Positions 46,137 through 54,920 of a DNA stretch of 56,157 nucleotides are shown one piece after another. A model generated the notes under the pieces. It was not told the DNA's origin. It saw nothing but the letters and a program-made list of their open reading frames with translations, and did not search any database. Position numbers and translations under genes: made by a program. The stretch is from the IMG/VR virus record IMGVR_UViG_3300021962_006479. The stretch is one strand, 5' to 3'. Positions within the stretch are counted from its first letter, which is position 1. Each line of letters opens with the position of its first letter. Origin of the DNA: an uncultured virus (IMG/VR IMGVR_UViG_3300021962_006479) (taxonomy: Duplodnaviria; Heunggongvirae; Uroviricota; Caudoviricetes).

Positions 46137-46832
46137 ATGGTGGTAGGTTTCGATATAATTAGCGACCTAGAACTATCTTACAAATATAAACTAGATTGGG
46201 AAGGAAAACCAACTAGTTTATTTTGTATTGTAGCAGGCAATATAACCGATGATTTTAAAGTTTTAGAAGAAACTTTAGAACATTTAAGTGCCCAGTATCA
46301 TGGAGTATTCTTCATTGACGGTTCTATGGAGATAGGGTCATTAATGTTACAAGCATCTAGGATAGACCAAATAGCTAAGATAGCCAGTAAAATAAAAAAT
46401 GTTGTATATCTTCATAACAATGTTGTTATCGTAGATGGTATAGCATTAGTTGCAGTTAACGGTTGGTATGGCAACTATACCCCGATAGATCCCGACGATG
46501 AAATACGTCTTGGGTATCACTCACACGGTGATCAAGACTATCTACACACAACTATAGAAAAATTGCAATTACACGTGGATGTAAAAAAGATTGTAATTGT
46601 GTCTAGTTGTGTTCCCTGTGCTGACTTATTCTACGGGGAAGAACCTAATTTACCTGATTACGTTGGATTGAACTCTGCTCTAATTAATGATACAGAAAAC
46701 AAGATAGTTACTTGGATATATGGTAACTCAAACAAAATGGTTGATACCAATATTAACGGTATCAACTATGTTAATAACGCTTGTTTTAACAAAAATCCAT
46801 ATTGGCCAAAACGAATAGAAATAGAAGTTTAA
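46137..46832 (+). CDS. Degenerate metallophosphoesterase-fold protein
   Basis: ISDLEL, VAGNI, IDGSME, WIYGNS occupy the positions of DxH, GD, GNHE, GHxH. Confidence 0.6.
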   Translation: MVVGFDIISDLELSYKYKLDWEGKPTSLFCIVAGNITDDFKVLEETLEHLSAQYHGVFFIDGSMEIGSLMLQASRIDQIAKIASKIKNVVYLHNNVVIVDGIALVAVNGWYGNYTPIDPDDEIRLGYHSHGDQDYLHTTIEKLQLHVDVKKIVIVSSCVPCADLFYGEEPNLPDYVGLNSALINDTENKIVTWIYGNSNKMVDTNINGINYVNNACFNKNPYWPKRIEIEV

Positions 46833-47134
46833 ACTTCTGGCTCAATCTTTACTTGTAACGGAAATCCCTCGTTACGTGCATCAAGTGTTACCTCAATACC
46901 CTTTTGTTCTGCAATTTCATACGGTAGAACTGCTACGACAGCACTGCCCTGCTCATGTATACCTGTAGTAATATGTGCGGCAGTATCAGTATTGTGACCG
47001 AAATGATCTACTAAACTACGCACTACGAAATCCATACTAGTATGTTCATCATTCATATAAATTACCTTGAACATAGATGGTTCTGGTAATTTAAGATTAG
47101 GTTTAATTTTAATTTTTGATTCGGTCTGTGCCAT
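46829..47134 (-). CDS. clpS: Clp protease adaptor ClpS
   Basis: PSMFKVIYMNDEHTSMDFVV...IHEQGSAVV...YEIAEQK...GFPLQ. Confidence 0.9.
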   Translation of the reverse strand: MAQTESKIKIKPNLKLPEPSMFKVIYMNDEHTSMDFVVRSLVDHFGHNTDTAAHITTGIHEQGSAVVAVLPYEIAEQKGIEVTLDARNEGFPLQVKIEPEV

Positions 47135-47151
47135 GATTTATACCTTGAAGT

Positions 47152-47175
47152 AGTGTGCAAGTTTCCTCGCACACT
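47152..47175 (-). terminator. Hairpin between hsp20 and clpS
   Basis: AGTGTGC...GCACACT inverted repeat; weak U tract. Confidence 0.4.
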
Positions 47176-47199
47176 TTTATTTAACGAAACACTATTATA

Positions 47200-47637
47200 T
47201 TATTTAGTGTAAGAAATTGCAATAGACTTGGGTTTCTTTTCTTCAGGGAGTTTGCGCTCCAAATAGATAGTAAGAATACCATTCATATTGACAGCATTAA
47301 CTACTTCAACATGTTCTGCTAAAGTAAATTCACGCATGAAGTCCCTGTTACTGATCCCTTGATGTAAATATTCAGCAATAATTTCTGCTTCTTTTTTACC
47401 TTTGATAACTAACACTTGATTGTCAATGTTAATTTCAACTTCACCTTCACCGAAACCAGCCACTGCTACTTCAATATAAAAGGTATCTTCTGATGTTTTT
47501 ATAATGTTGTATGGGGGATAGTTAAGTGATTGTTGATTGTTAATTCGCATTAGTTCATCAAACATATTATCGAAACCGATACCAAATTTGTGAATTGACG
47601 GAATGTCGAGGGAACGAAGGGTTAAAGTTTTTGTCAT
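47200..47637 (-). CDS. Small heat-shock protein (IbpA/Hsp20 family)
   Basis: IGFD.MF, NYPPYNII, IEVAVAGF, YLHQGIS.R.F.R.F.L, NGILTI.L. Confidence 0.93.
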   Translation of the reverse strand: MTKTLTLRSLDIPSIHKFGIGFDNMFDELMRINNQQSLNYPPYNIIKTSEDTFYIEVAVAGFGEGEVEINIDNQVLVIKGKKEAEIIAEYLHQGISNRDFMREFTLAEHVEVVNAVNMNGILTIYLERKLPEEKKPKSIAISYTK

Positions 47638-47695
47638 GTTTTTCTCCTATTAAGCAAGATGACTATGTGTAGACCCGACCATCGGCATCTACAAT
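47638..47695 (-). promoter_or_regulatory. ROSE-like RNA thermometer in the hsp20 5' UTR
   Basis: UCUUGCU-UAAU-AGGAGA hairpin sequestering the SD with a bulged G, preceded by hairpin UGUAGA-UGCCGA-UGG-UCGG-G-UCUACA. Confidence 0.65.
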
Positions 47696-47741
47696 ATGTA
47701 TTTATTATAACACAAATACGTAAAAAAATATAGTATTTAGG

Positions 47742-47963
47742 TTAAAACTGTTTTGGTGGTAATGATTGGTCACGCAAGTGCTTTTTCCACCTGCGAACAG
47801 CTTGGCTTTTTGCTATTTTACGTTTGACAGTAGGTTTGACAAATTCTTGGCGGTCACGGACTTCTTGAAGTAAACCTAATTCGGTTATCTTTTTCTTAAA
47901 CTTGCGTAGAGCTTTATCTACATTTCCGTCTGTAACAAAAATTCGTCTGCCTTTTTTACTCAT
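47742..47963 (-). CDS. rpsU: Ribosomal protein bS21
   Basis: NVDKALRKFKKK...GLLQEVRDRQEFVKPTVKRK. Confidence 0.88.
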   Translation of the reverse strand: MSKKGRRIFVTDGNVDKALRKFKKKITELGLLQEVRDRQEFVKPTVKRKIAKSQAVRRWKKHLRDQSLPPKQF

Positions 47964-49155
47964 ACAATGGTTTTGGTGTAATTACATCAACTCTATCTAT
48001 ATTTAGTGTTTTAATCCCGTTTTTAGCATACGTTCTTACTTTAAACATATGTGGCATCAATACTCTTTCAATCTCAGTATGAAGTCCACGTGCCCCTGTT
48101 TTAAGAGAGATAGTGTTTTCTGCAATTTGATCCAACGCATTGTCAGTAAATTCTAGTGTAATATTATCTAACTCAAATAGATATTTATATTGGCTAATGT
48201 AATTGTTCTTAACGTCAGTTAAGACCCTTATTAATTGTTCTTTATTAAGATTGTCAATGCTGACAGTAGTAGTAAAACGTCCAATAAATTCAGGAATCAT
48301 ACCAAATTTAGTTAAATCATCCGGGCGAACATCACGCATGTCACCTTCAATTCTAGTGTCTTTAACACTAGCATTAAATCCAATGCTTGTACCATTAACA
48401 CGATTGGTGATAAGTTCTTTTAATCCAACAAACGCACCACCTGCAATGAATAAGATATTTTTAGTATTAATCTCAGACATATCAGATCCAGGATGTTTTC
48501 TTCCACCACTATTAGGAATACGACATACAGTACCTTCAACTAACTTTAGTAATGCTTGTTGAACTCCCTCTCCGGATACGTCACGGGTAATACTAGTACT
48601 TTCACCCTTACGTGCAATCTTGTCAATTTCATCAACAAATACGATTCCACGTTCTGCTAAGTCTTTGTCACCACCGGCGGCATTCAATAGCATACTAATC
48701 ATTGATTCTACATCATCACCGACATAACCTGCTTCTGTTAAGCTAGTTGCGTCAGCTACTATGAAAGGGACGTTTAGATACTTGGCAGCTGTTTTAGCTA
48801 ATAATGTTTTACCTGAACCCGTAGGTCCTACTATAAGAACATTTCCCTTTTGAATCTCTAAGTTCTTTGGAGGATTAGTAATACGTTTATAGTGATTTGC
48901 AATAGCAACACTCATAACCATCTTAGCTGAATCTTGCCCAATAACATGCTCATCTAAAAACTTTTTAATAGTTTCAGCATCATATTCGGGTTGTAATTCT
49001 TCTTTGGTGTCGCCTACTTCATCAGCAATAAGGTCTTGACATAGCTCTACACAATCACTACATATAGCTACATTCTCACCTACAACTAATTTTTTAACTG
49101 CTTCTTTACTGTTGCCGCAAAAGCTACAATGTTTTAATTTGGTTTCTTCTGTCAT
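47956..49155 (-). CDS. clpX: Clp protease ATPase ClpX
   Basis: C4 zinc finger (CSFC/CSDC), GPTGSGKT, GYVG, DEIDK, RDVSGEGVQQ, RKHP, IGF loop. Confidence 0.97.
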   Translation of the reverse strand: MTEETKLKHCSFCGNSKEAVKKLVVGENVAICSDCVELCQDLIADEVGDTKEELQPEYDAETIKKFLDEHVIGQDSAKMVMSVAIANHYKRITNPPKNLEIQKGNVLIVGPTGSGKTLLAKTAAKYLNVPFIVADATSLTEAGYVGDDVESMISMLLNAAGGDKDLAERGIVFVDEIDKIARKGESTSITRDVSGEGVQQALLKLVEGTVCRIPNSGGRKHPGSDMSEINTKNILFIAGGAFVGLKELITNRVNGTSIGFNASVKDTRIEGDMRDVRPDDLTKFGMIPEFIGRFTTTVSIDNLNKEQLIRVLTDVKNNYISQYKYLFELDNITLEFTDNALDQIAENTISLKTGARGLHTEIERVLMPHMFKVRTYAKNGIKTLNIDRVDVITPKPLYE

Positions 49156-49198
49156 TATTTAAGGTAGATATGAAATACTTATCAAAGTATATCATGTG

Positions 49199-50689
49199 TT
49201 ATTTTTTTATGAATTCTGTGATGGCTTGATTTTCTGCGTCAGTTAATAACTCAGGATCATATTCACCTGTTGCAATTTTGTTGATAAGATATTCAACATA
49301 CTTAGTTTGTGTCAGATATGATATGCTATTTTCTTTGTTAACTTCTAACCAACGTGATCCGTCAAATTTGTATACACGATTTGGTAATGAATCTACACGG
49401 GTAAACAGGTCACCTCGCTTTGCATATTTAGGGAATGCAGTACCAAAATTAACACTAATTGAATTCTCACCATCTACTACAATTTTTAACATGTCGGGAT
49501 ATAAGTCTCCTGCTATCCTTTTGTGCATCTGTTTACCTTCAACTTCGATGTAATCTCCTGTAACTGAATATTCAGTTGTCACAATATCAGGTTCTTTTAT
49601 AGTAGCAACAATTATCTCAGTAGAATCAACTGTTATATTATCTATGTCAAATTTCTTTGGTTCAGGTTCTTTTTTTCCTACAATAGGTTCTAGATTTTCA
49701 AAATGAACAAACGGTTTGGCTAGGTAAGGATGTTTGTCTAAGACAGATTCTTCAGGAAACAATTCGTCTTTAGTTACTACCTCGCCTATAGGTGGTTCCG
49801 CAGAATCTTGTATTTCTTCAATTTGTTCTTCTGTTAAAGGCCCATCATCAGGCTCATATGCTGGTTCAGTGACAGTGGGAGTCGTTGGTGTTTCGGTCCC
49901 TAGAGGGCTGTCACCCTCCTCTTTATCCCATTCTCTACTTGCATTGGCAGCTAATACTAAAGCGATAGCAAGTGGGTCAAATACAATTACAAGTAAAATA
50001 ATAACCCAACGTACGGCCGACTCTAACATATTATTGTCGGCATTGTCTCCGTAAATCAATGCGGCAATGTATTTGATAGGGCCAACTTCCGCTTCGACCT
50101 TGCGTACTTCAGCCGCAATGGGCGCTCGTTCTTCTCGTATTCTAGTAATTGTTTTCTGTTCGGACGCAATTTCCGTAAGGAGTCTAGTCCTTTCCTTTGC
50201 TTGAGTTTTGCGTATAGCAACGGCTTTATCTGCACCCGCTTCTGAAGTCGAGCGGCCCATAACTTGGTCCACTGCCTCATCAAGTTGTTTAAGTGCTTTG
50301 CGATTAACATCTATAGTGTCCTGTGATACTTTAATCTTCTCATCGTAGATTGCAATTTTGGCTTGTATATCCCCTGTTGTAATTCCTTGATCCATATGTG
50401 CTTTACTTAGGAAGCCAAATATACCCATGCTAGTAAGTAATGCTAATGCAATAACAGCAGGTACAAGATAGAGTTTAAGTAGGAAGCCACAACGATTCCA
50501 ATATTTTCGTAACCATACCGTAGTAGTAATCTTGCCTATTTCTAGTATACCTCCCATTATAATAACAGGAATAACCGCACCAGCAAAGATAGCAGTTAAA
50601 CCAATAATACTATAGTAGGCTGCTACTGTACTTAATGCTAGTGCTACTAACAGTGTTAGGGAAGATAGGGACAAATATTTTTTATACAT
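49199..50689 (-). CDS. Multi-TM coiled-coil membrane protein
   Basis: Three N-terminal TMs, coiled coil, IVFDPLAI TM, acidic linker; late motif at 50695-50701. Confidence 0.65.
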   Translation of the reverse strand: MYKKYLSLSSLTLLVALALSTVAAYYSIIGLTAIFAGAVIPVIIMGGILEIGKITTTVWLRKYWNRCGFLLKLYLVPAVIALALLTSMGIFGFLSKAHMDQGITTGDIQAKIAIYDEKIKVSQDTIDVNRKALKQLDEAVDQVMGRSTSEAGADKAVAIRKTQAKERTRLLTEIASEQKTITRIREERAPIAAEVRKVEAEVGPIKYIAALIYGDNADNNMLESAVRWVIILLVIVFDPLAIALVLAANASREWDKEEGDSPLGTETPTTPTVTEPAYEPDDGPLTEEQIEEIQDSAEPPIGEVVTKDELFPEESVLDKHPYLAKPFVHFENLEPIVGKKEPEPKKFDIDNITVDSTEIIVATIKEPDIVTTEYSVTGDYIEVEGKQMHKRIAGDLYPDMLKIVVDGENSISVNFGTAFPKYAKRGDLFTRVDSLPNRVYKFDGSRWLEVNKENSISYLTQTKYVEYLINKIATGEYDPELLTDAENQAITEFIKK

Positions 50690-50712
50690 CCTAGTATTTA
50701 TCTAAAATATGT

Positions 50713-50937
50713 CTACTGATTGTATTCATTGGGATAACCAAACAAGTGCCCGTATGTGTTAACAAACTCGGGCATATGCATTACTAGTTTTCTAGGAAGG
50801 CTTCTACCTTGATATATGTAATATGTAACATATAACACAGCACCGTCTTCATTGATATTACGTTCTTTGACTTGAATTACTTCAATGACATTACCATCAT
50901 CAAACGTATACTTCTTACCTACTAAATCATGTGTCAT
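50713..50937 (-). CDS. Hypothetical protein
   Basis: ORF packing. Confidence 0.55.
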   Translation of the reverse strand: MTHDLVGKKYTFDDGNVIEVIQVKERNINEDGAVLYVTYYIYQGRSLPRKLVMHMPEFVNTYGHLFGYPNEYNQ

Positions 50938-50939
50938 AA

Positions 50940-52439
50940 TTATTTTGTGTTGTGGTGTACACTAAATGTACTCCACTGGCCACGCCAGTTATCATGTTCA
51001 CTATCCATACCCTCGTCATTAAGTTCTACACCATTATAAACTAACCGTGTAACAACACTAGTACCTTCAACATCCCAGTTCAACACTTTAAGTTTCTTAG
51101 GCTCAAACACACCCTCAATAGTTGTTTGAATACAACTGCCTTTACCACCTTGAGTCCAATACAACCAATAACCTTTACCTAAGTAATGTGGATATAGTTC
51201 TTCTTGTTCTTCTACAGCATCATAATAACTATCTTCATCATTTGCTTCACTAACAAATGATTCCAAATCACCTTCGTAGATTATCTCACCCTCACTATTC
51301 TCAATAGTCATGTGAGTATCATCTTGGTCAAAGCCCCAGAATGAAATCTTGTCCTGATACTCATAGTAAGGACTATCAAATCGTGCCGCTTTAGGAGTAT
51401 TATTTTCATCGTAATCGTAGCTCTCATTAAGAGCATCACTTAAATCATCTTCGTGATCCTCATCACTCCAATAATCATATTGTTGTTTCTTAATCTTGTG
51501 TACGCCAATCTCACGTGTGCGACCCCAGATACGAATAGTGTAACTATCTTCAGGATAACTTTCTTTTAATGAGTCGTTATCTTCTGTGTCGTTTTCAAAG
51601 GGCCACTTAGCAGTCTCTACAAAATCACTATTTGGTGTGGGCCAGTGTGCAGGAGGATTACTATCTTTTTCATCTTCTTCCAATGTAGAATTTTCAAATG
51701 GCCATTTAGCAGGAGGATTATCTACTGTTAGTTGTTCAAATTCTCGTTTTAACTCTTCCAAGTCAGCTTCTAAATCAGCTTCATCAACTGGTTCTTCATC
51801 TGTCGGCCGATCTTCCATCATAATCCAACTTTCATTGCAATCAGGACAATAGTAACCACTCTCTTTGATTTCAGGTAGTTCACTTTCTTTGTGCATAGCA
51901 CCGCAACTAAAACAAGGAATTTCTTCCTCTGCCGCTTCCTTAGACCAACGTGCTTCACGTTCTTTACGTGCTACTTCGTCTGCAACACCGGCTTCTGTTA
52001 AAGAGGTATCGCTCTCACAGTATGGGCATACTTTCTTAGCTTCTAGTTTTCCTGTCTCATCATCTTCTGGCCATTCCCAGTCAGCATCATAACTGTAACC
52101 AGTCCACTTACACTTAGTGCATTTGTGAGTGTGTGGCGCCGGTTCAGGCTCAATTACCCAACTAGACTCATCACCTAGTTCGTAGGTAACATCGTATCCA
52201 CCTTTACGGTCAGTCCAACAATCATCATATTGAAACTCCCATTCAATCTCTACATCATTCTCGTAGGCATCATTAATAACATCTTCATAATCATATGTAC
52301 CATCACTAATACCATCTAGTATTACTTTAATCTCATCTTCTTCCTTGTCAGGATAGATTTCACTTAATAGTGCTTCATCAATTTCAATAGCATATTGACG
52401 ATCATGTTGATGCCATTCGTGTTTAACTATTGTTACCAT
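50940..52439 (-). CDS. Highly acidic protein with two C4 zinc ribbons
   Basis: CTKC..CPYC and CFSC..CPDC; AAGGAGG RBS. Confidence 0.65.
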   Translation of the reverse strand: MVTIVKHEWHQHDRQYAIEIDEALLSEIYPDKEEDEIKVILDGISDGTYDYEDVINDAYENDVEIEWEFQYDDCWTDRKGGYDVTYELGDESSWVIEPEPAPHTHKCTKCKWTGYSYDADWEWPEDDETGKLEAKKVCPYCESDTSLTEAGVADEVARKEREARWSKEAAEEEIPCFSCGAMHKESELPEIKESGYYCPDCNESWIMMEDRPTDEEPVDEADLEADLEELKREFEQLTVDNPPAKWPFENSTLEEDEKDSNPPAHWPTPNSDFVETAKWPFENDTEDNDSLKESYPEDSYTIRIWGRTREIGVHKIKKQQYDYWSDEDHEDDLSDALNESYDYDENNTPKAARFDSPYYEYQDKISFWGFDQDDTHMTIENSEGEIIYEGDLESFVSEANDEDSYYDAVEEQEELYPHYLGKGYWLYWTQGGKGSCIQTTIEGVFEPKKLKVLNWDVEGTSVVTRLVYNGVELNDEGMDSEHDNWRGQWSTFSVHHNTK

Positions 52440-52554
52440 TTTGTGCCTCCTTAGCGTTCTGGTAAATTTTCTTAACTATATCTACTAGTGGACGAACTAA
52501 CCATCCACCCAAATATATACCGGCGATAAAATATATGCCTTCGTTTAAAGTCAT
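52423..52554 (-). CDS. Small membrane peptide (43 aa, not in ORF track)
   Basis: MTLNEGIYFIAGIYLGGWLVRPLVDIVKK...; GAGGA RBS; TATAAT upstream. Confidence 0.5.
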   Translation of the reverse strand: MTLNEGIYFIAGIYLGGWLVRPLVDIVKKIYQNAKEAQNGNNS

Positions 52555-52618
52555 TTTTATTCCTCTAGAATCTATTATAACTCAACTGTGGTATAACATC
52601 TACTAGTTTGGACACACA

Positions 52619-53422
52619 TTATACGAACAAATCAAAACTAGATTTCCCATATACAGTCCCGTCAATGTCACATTTGTCACATGGATTTTGTATCCTATTA
52701 CCCATTGATAGATTCGTTCTATACTCAGTCAATTTGGATAACCAATAGTCAATGACCGGGGTATTCTTTATGTTATACACATTGGTAGTTTTGCCCCAAT
52801 CTTGTTGGCATAGTAAGTAATCTCCATTCCAATCAACAAATATTTTATAAAACGGGATGTAACAAGGACGAGATATGTTTAGTACCTTGGTCTGTTGTAT
52901 GATATCTATCCTATTAATTATTTTTATGTTAGCAATATCATATTGATGTTTTAACACTAGCTCTATCTTTACACCATCTAACATTTCAATAAAATAAGTA
53001 GTAGCATCTGTGTCATACATACTAACTGTTATAGTAGTACATCCTGCATTAGCAAGATCAATAGCAATGTCTCTAGTTAACAAATCACCGTTTGTATTAA
53101 TCTCTATCCATTTAGCTGTTGGGCATGATTGTTTGATATTACGCACACATTCTGCTATATTAGGATGTAACAATGGTTCACCAAAACCCACAAAGCCTAT
53201 CCTGCCATCAAACCCAAATGTTGATAACTGCTCACCTAATAGTGTACATAGATCGGGATCAATATGTTTTTTCTGATTCTTGTAGATATTAGGATCAACT
53301 CGAGGACAGAAGGAACAGGCTCTGTTACATAGTTCCGTAGGATTGATTTCTACACTACGTAATGCAGAATATAAATCAACCGCACCCTGTTCTTGCAGGC
53401 GTCTTAACTCATCTGAGTTCAT
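52619..53422 (-). CDS. Radical SAM enzyme with SPASM/twitch domain
   Basis: CNRACSFC (CX3CX2C), GFGEPLL, INTNG; C-terminal CYIPF...VDWNG..LLC..DW...PCDKC. Confidence 0.88.
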   Translation of the reverse strand: MNSDELRRLQEQGAVDLYSALRSVEINPTELCNRACSFCPRVDPNIYKNQKKHIDPDLCTLLGEQLSTFGFDGRIGFVGFGEPLLHPNIAECVRNIKQSCPTAKWIEINTNGDLLTRDIAIDLANAGCTTITVSMYDTDATTYFIEMLDGVKIELVLKHQYDIANIKIINRIDIIQQTKVLNISRPCYIPFYKIFVDWNGDYLLCQQDWGKTTNVYNIKNTPVIDYWLSKLTEYRTNLSMGNRIQNPCDKCDIDGTVYGKSSFDLFV

Positions 53423-54254
53423 TTTCGAATTTCTTGAATGTATCAATATCAGTTAACGACATTCTAAACAACTCGTTAACTTCCTTCATCTTAACAGGTA
53501 AACTATATCTAGTTTTAAACAATACATAATTTCCTTCAGAAGGTACTACATCATACTTATCCTCAATGTAGTTTCTAGTTTCTAACATACGACTAATATG
53601 CATACCTATTTGAGGTAACAGTTTGTTAAGAGCAGGTATAGTAGCATTTGTAGTTACATAGCCTGGTCTTACGTTTTGTATTCTATTAATTATATCTGAA
53701 TTAGAAAAGCAGTATCCAAATCTTAATCCAGGAGATGCTATCGTTTTGCTTAGTGTTTTCACTACAATTAAATTGTCAGCAGTAATAGAAGTATCCAGTA
53801 CAGAGCAATCACTAAAATCACAATAGGCTTCATCTACTATGACTAACTTGTAAGTGGGTAATAGGGACAAGATTTCATTTTTAGATAAGGCTTTACCGGT
53901 CAAGCCGTTAGGGTTTGCTATGTATAAAATATCTGCATCATCTTTAATCTCATACCCTATATGATGTGCATATAGTTGAGCCAGTTGCCAAGTTGGGCTA
54001 ACAATCTTTAAAGAGTTACCTTGATATAATTTTAAGATACGTAGTATTATATCAGATGACCCATAACCTATAGCTATGTTATAAGGAGAAATACTATAGT
54101 ATTGAGATAACAATCTATATGCTTCTGCATCATCCGGATAGGTAGATACGCTATGTTCAACGTTTCTGTCTAAAAACTTATCATAGCATACATTATTGGA
54201 CAAATCTAAAATCTCAGATTTTGGTAATGGTTGTGTCCAATCATGTCGTATCAT
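53409..54254 (-). CDS. PLP-dependent class I/II aminotransferase (HisC/CobD-like, short)
   Basis: GYGSS, ANPNGLTG, IVDEAY.DF, KTLSK (PLP Lys), GLRFGY, PSEGNY. Confidence 0.85.
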   Translation of the reverse strand: MIRHDWTQPLPKSEILDLSNNVCYDKFLDRNVEHSVSTYPDDAEAYRLLSQYYSISPYNIAIGYGSSDIILRILKLYQGNSLKIVSPTWQLAQLYAHHIGYEIKDDADILYIANPNGLTGKALSKNEILSLLPTYKLVIVDEAYCDFSDCSVLDTSITADNLIVVKTLSKTIASPGLRFGYCFSNSDIINRIQNVRPGYVTTNATIPALNKLLPQIGMHISRMLETRNYIEDKYDVVPSEGNYVLFKTRYSLPVKMKEVNELFRMSLTDIDTFKKFENELR

Positions 54255-54490
54255 TTGAAATATTTAACATCCTTATGCTTAACAAATATAATTGTATGAA
54301 ATTTGTTCTGATACTTGATTGGTAAATCTAAATGCACACTAATACGAGGGCCTTCAATCTGATTGATTTCAGTATCATTGCCCACTGTACCCACAAAAGG
54401 AATCTTGTTCCATTTGCCTGTAACACGATCACCGATATTGTATTTTGATTGATATCGATGTATCTTAAAATATTCTGATAGACTTGCCAT
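54251..54490 (-). CDS. Hypothetical protein
   Basis: IGDRV.G.W..IPFVG.V; ORF packing. Confidence 0.55.
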   Translation of the reverse strand: MASLSEYFKIHRYQSKYNIGDRVTGKWNKIPFVGTVGNDTEINQIEGPRISVHLDLPIKYQNKFHTIIFVKHKDVKYFK

Positions 54491-54753
54491 TATTCAACTC
54501 CGAAATGATCTTGGTATTTATTCATCAATCGTTCAAATGCATTAAATGACAGTTCTTGCTTGTTAATTTCAACACATTCCCGAACAATCAACTCGGCGAA
54601 CTTTTGTATAGCATTACGGTCATATTCATCCATTTCATCCCAGCAACCCTGTGCGGTTAGTCCTGCATGATACATTAGATCATCAAATTTAGTACCGATA
54701 TTCATATAATCGCTTGCAGTTGTAAATTTTAAATCATTCATTTCTTCGTCCAT
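54490..54753 (-). CDS. Hypothetical protein
   Basis: KFAELIVREC...HFGVE motif common in phage small proteins. Confidence 0.6.
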   Translation of the reverse strand: MDEEMNDLKFTTASDYMNIGTKFDDLMYHAGLTAQGCWDEMDEYDRNAIQKFAELIVRECVEINKQELSFNAFERLMNKYQDHFGVE

Positions 54754-54920
54754 TTGACATAGCCACCATTAGTATTACTCCAAGGGCAATATTGCTCCCA
54801 AAGTTGTTTAGCCTCAGCAGGATCACTGTGACTTTTCATTAACTGGTCTACTTTAGGTCTTGTAGTGTATCCTTCATGACCCCAGTTATGGTCTTTTAAT
54901 GCAGTTTCTAGTTCATTCAT
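54738..54920 (-). CDS. Hypothetical protein
   Basis: ORF packing with ATGA overlap. Confidence 0.5.
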   Translation of the reverse strand: MNELETALKDHNWGHEGYTTRPKVDQLMKSHSDPAEAKQLWEQYCPWSNTNGGYVKWTKK

